IMG/VR virus record: IMGVR_UViG_3300046795_000055
Span: 1-47,115 of that record
DNA from: a virus
Taxonomy: Duplodnaviria; Caudoviricetes
DNA length: 47,115 nt
Direction: 5' to 3' (one strand)
Shown here one piece after another: positions 44,901-47,115 of the stretch. The notes beneath the pieces were generated by a model, which had not been told where the DNA came from, ran no database searches, and saw nothing but the letters and a program-made list of their open reading frames with translations. The first letter of the stretch is position 1; every line of letters begins with the position of its first letter. A program made the position numbers and the translations under genes.

Positions 44901-47115
44901 AGGCATAGCGGCTTCCATTCACAGCGACTTGCAACACCTGGAGAAATATGGGAAGCTGCCTGAATGGAATCCCCGGAGCAAGGAAGTCAAGGAAGCCGAC
45001 CAGAGGCTGAAGGATTTGCTCGACTCGGGAGAGCCGCAGTCGCCGACGGTTGGTCGCCGCCCGAGTGGGCCGGAGACAACTGGCAGCCAAGCGACGAAGA
45101 AGTTACCGGCCACGCCTTCAGCGATGCCATCGCGGAGCACAAGCGAGCCGAGTACCTCTCCCAAAACCCGGGCTGAACTTCTTCAAGCCCAGGAAGACGC
45201 TCACGCCAAATTCACCCCGCTGAGAGATCGCCCGCTGGACGACCCCGAGCGAGTGGCGGCATGGTCAGTATTCAAGGCGGCCAGGGACGCATTCAATAAA
45301 AGCAAACCGCCTCCTCCACGATTTGATCCTTCGGTTGCGCATAAAGCCCGGGGTTTGATCGAGTCAGCGGAGCGCACACAGAAAGAGGTCATCGCTGCCG
45401 AGGAGAAAGCTGCCAAAGCAAGGAAGATCCGGTTCGGGGAAGCGGGCACAACTCTCTTTCAGCCGACCTCGCAACAGCAGCAACAGCAGGATTTCCCCAC
45501 TCCAAAGGGCCGGGTCAGGTTAGCCCCCGGGGAAGCCGCGCCTCCAGCGGAATATCCGCCTGGGAAGATCGCTCGGTTCAACAAATACGATGACGCTCAG
45601 TTGCAGGCGGAGCTTCGTCAGCGAACAAATCTCAAGCCCTACACCGATGCGGAGATCGGCGGGGAATTGTCCAGACGTCAGGCATTGACGCAGGGACGGC
45701 AGGAGACTCCCCCGGTTCAGATTCAACCGAAAGGAGATTTCCTCGATAATCCGTATCAAAATTTCGTGGAGCAGGGATTCCAGCAAAGAGCGGAAGCCCG
45801 TGCGCAGGAGAGGCCGCCATCAGAGCCTGGGATGATCGCAGAGCCGGAGATTCCTGAATTCCCATCAAGGCCACCCAACCTGCGCGAGCGTCTGCGCGAC
45901 AGTCCCCAGACTCTTTCCACTCCTGATCTGGTGGACGCCATTGGAGAAGGCCAAAGGTTGCGTGACACTTTCGGGCGTCCGGAAACCCGGGAGGAAAAAC
46001 AGCTCCAGACCGATCTGACCGGCAAGATCGACAGCTTGCAGAAGATTGTCGATGCCAGGGAAAAACACATGATGGAAGACCCTGCTCGGGTTGAGGCGGA
46101 AGCCCGCCGGAGGGTCACCGACAATCCAACGTACCCGGACAAACTGGTGAGCGATCTGGCCACCGGGAAAAAGGCGTCGATCGACGCAGCGGATGAGAAG
46201 ATTCTCCTCAACCAGAGAGCAGCCTTCACACATGGCCGTGACGCTCAGGGCAACCGGGCCATGGACAAGACTCTCGACCCGGGGGAACGCGCCAGTGCAG
46301 CATCGCAGTATGAGGATCTGAACAAGAAAATCGACCTCATGGATGAGGCCACCGACAACGGAAACAGGATCAAGGGCGCACCTGCCCGCAACTTGTGGCA
46401 CCAGTTCAGGCAAAGGGACTACGAGCTGCCGTCGATGGAGCGCAAACTGTCCATTGCAAAAGGTGGCGTTCCTCTCACCAAGGCTGAGACAGCAGACCTG
46501 AAAGTGAAGACGGACAGGCTGGCGAAAGCGATGACCGACGTTCAGGCCGCAAAGGTGAAGACCGGATGGACACCCGGCCTGGGAGCCAATGTTGCCCCGG
46601 GGTTACGCCACAAGCAGTACGTTGAGCACCAGGCCAAGGAAGCTCTCGATGACACCATCTTCAAAGAGACCATGAAGAACCGTGGTCTTCTAAACAAGTC
46701 TCTTTCCACGACTGGTCAGGTTGTCGATCTATCTCGGGCGGTAATGACCAGCATGGATCTCTCCGCCATAAGGCGGCAAGGCGGCCTGTTCTTTATGGGC
46801 AGCCCTGCACGCTCCGCCCGCATTATGAAGGACATGCTCCGTGCAGCAAAGAGCGACGAAGGCTACTTCAAGCTGATGCAGGACATCCGTGAGCGTCCCA
46901 ATGCGCAGCTCTACATCGACTCAAAACTTGGGCTGACTGACATCCGATCGCCGAAACTCTCTGCGCTTGAGGAGATGTATATGTCGCGGTGGGCAGACAA
47001 GATCCCGCTGGTCAACAACTCCCAGCGTGCCTACGTCTATTTCCTGAACCGTCTGCGTGCCGATGTCTTCGATACCATGGCTGGCAACCTCGGTCAGAAA
47101 GGCCATGTGACTGCG
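41989..47115 (+). CDS. Giant internal virion (ejection/polyvalent) protein, >1700 aa, runs off window end (not in ORF track); contains a TrxB-like domain
   Basis: Frame from ATG 41989 has no stop that I or the ORF track found; SMDLSA.RRQG...EE.YMS..ADKIP.V..SQRAY..FLN.LR segment typical of large podovirus internal proteins. Confidence 0.85.
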   Translation, partial: MSPEEFTGQATATPSPSPGASPAPSGGGISADDFAGGTSAPPAAPSPTPGQFNLDGTAANRPTGQSATDAAMNAARTAYKFTSLSNPLLWPGYAVGQTAAARATLNNAAQKAIGSIKPIAAGMARTAGMRFGVHPGENALMPMEPGQNYDQLRQQQDKVLREDPFFSATQKAPELAAKMFPIPPGLENKWYTQAGGAAGSFVPIVASGPFAPFTIGMETIGDKTEHVYEDNIRRGMSPDAAAKDSFDRAIAAGATQAALWQVLPKPLHSAFDRYLIDKVGVTGWKRFLLNRAANAGEGAALGAATQIPTNIASGDPALKDVAQTAGGLALAQTFFPRGKTHAEHEVEKTHREQILKEVNSFLARTAPTVGEVQGPPIPPPPTKRFAETPGEEVGPIIEQPAKEEVKTDAPEKRNEPADSLDEHTGISSREDVSTHPPDEGKGGSEPSGGGGGTGAAAAEQKPQPIAPGMYDFGFGPVEVPAPHQPAAKRFTGYQDRLANGEELPEHEQSQREADHAQLKQAGIAVPDLHPKAEDRVNPAKKVEGYMGPPDPSLPRPKVPVPAETLEQREQVEQLKAKAIYLQNKLGKGVGKPNNNQQANTMADLWQVWSQLHKIRRDAGVRRKVGIVGWGPFGLTVGDHMPYEGPDTVIIGKGLVGGQAAKSQEIFNVGIGGGAGIKGRDLFGSKYATAKTGGAEFVRGDVVDIKYANGKNGNEGLDIYVGERNAEGKVTRISSVIPVWRIAIAPGARPSSMLKFYPFLKDAGWGDAENLRRKSKGGKTVMTYGAGNATSQAILGAVEPDDGAKKVFAVSRKPFKTETSNNQVDRLDDWVNEGKVEYVSGSILGAEQLPNGKWIARVGTEKRMPDGSKKVLNEKTFEVDHIENFLGSTYNTDWLPNEIEVTPFTRVVTDPKTGHKTEVQIPLPQKPGLIKMLNGAKQTTMEGVYAGGDARAGTDFMEEPPRRIDRATGDAAGIAASIHSDLQHLEKYGKLPEWNPRSKEVKEADQRLKDLLDSGEPQSPTVGRRPSGPETTGSQATKKLPATPSAMPSRSTSEPSTSPKTRAELLQAQEDAHAKFTPLRDRPLDDPERVAAWSVFKAARDAFNKSKPPPPRFDPSVAHKARGLIESAERTQKEVIAAEEKAAKARKIRFGEAGTTLFQPTSQQQQQQDFPTPKGRVRLAPGEAAPPAEYPPGKIARFNKYDDAQLQAELRQRTNLKPYTDAEIGGELSRRQALTQGRQETPPVQIQPKGDFLDNPYQNFVEQGFQQRAEARAQERPPSEPGMIAEPEIPEFPSRPPNLRERLRDSPQTLSTPDLVDAIGEGQRLRDTFGRPETREEKQLQTDLTGKIDSLQKIVDAREKHMMEDPARVEAEARRRVTDNPTYPDKLVSDLATGKKASIDAADEKILLNQRAAFTHGRDAQGNRAMDKTLDPGERASAASQYEDLNKKIDLMDEATDNGNRIKGAPARNLWHQFRQRDYELPSMERKLSIAKGGVPLTKAETADLKVKTDRLAKAMTDVQAAKVKTGWTPGLGANVAPGLRHKQYVEHQAKEALDDTIFKETMKNRGLLNKSLSTTGQVVDLSRAVMTSMDLSAIRRQGGLFFMGSPARSARIMKDMLRAAKSDEGYFKLMQDIRERPNAQLYIDSKLGLTDIRSPKLSALEEMYMSRWADKIPLVNNSQRAYVYFLNRLRADVFDTMAGNLGQKGHVTA
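43852..44937 (+). other. Thioredoxin-reductase-like FAD/NAD(P)H oxidoreductase domain, no CxxC
   Basis: Collinear motifs VGIVGWGPFGLT, GGQ, IAPGARP, YGAGNATSQA, FLGSTYNTDWLP, TTMEGVYAGGDAR, ATGDAAGIAASIH. Confidence 0.8.

Larger units (their letters stand above)
1..47115. mobile_element. Tailed dsDNA bacteriophage genome segment (podovirus-like; free phage or prophage undetermined)
   Basis: Terminase-portal-scaffold-capsid-tail-internal protein order, no tape-measure or sheath gene, dense ATGA/TAATG-coupled small ORFs, no host housekeeping genes, no integrase seen. Confidence 0.95.

Noticed and set aside
1-47115. Alternative genetic code, DGR/retron or canonical tRNA genes
   Set aside because: Long genes are intact in code 11; I saw no reverse-transcriptase motif, TR/VR pair or cloverleaf with a TTC loop

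Overview
The whole 47 kb window reads as part of a tailed dsDNA phage genome with a podovirus-like gene order and no bacterial housekeeping genes. A leftward (-) early/middle arm at ~2.5-11.4 kb carries many small hypothetical and Zn-finger genes, a PD-(D/E)xK exonuclease, a probable SSB, and a DIP1984-like gene followed by a structured RNA. A short rightward island at ~11.9-14.7 kb encodes a MoxR-type AAA+ ATPase and a HExxH/vWA partner. After a non-coding candidate packaging region (~14.7-15.1 kb), a long rightward virion operon runs through small and large terminase, portal, scaffold, major capsid, fibre/decoration proteins, a holin-like gene, tail proteins and three probable internal (ejection) proteins. 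The last of these runs off the right end and is missing from the ORF track, as is a Pro-rich ORF running off the left end. The strongest unusual signals are: (1) a full-length, cysteine-free thioredoxin-reductase-like domain inside the giant internal virion protein; (2) a self-contained unit of promoter, DIP1984-like gene and ~260-nt structured RNA with heptamer repeats; (3) an over-represented CCCCGGGG palindrome that also sits in promoter spacers; (4) a long structured leader covering the capsid start; (5) a probable Tad1/Acb2-like anti-defence cassette between terminase and portal. All family assignments come from motif recognition by eye, not database searches. A Verrucomicrobiota (Chthoniobacterales-like) host is a tentative inference.
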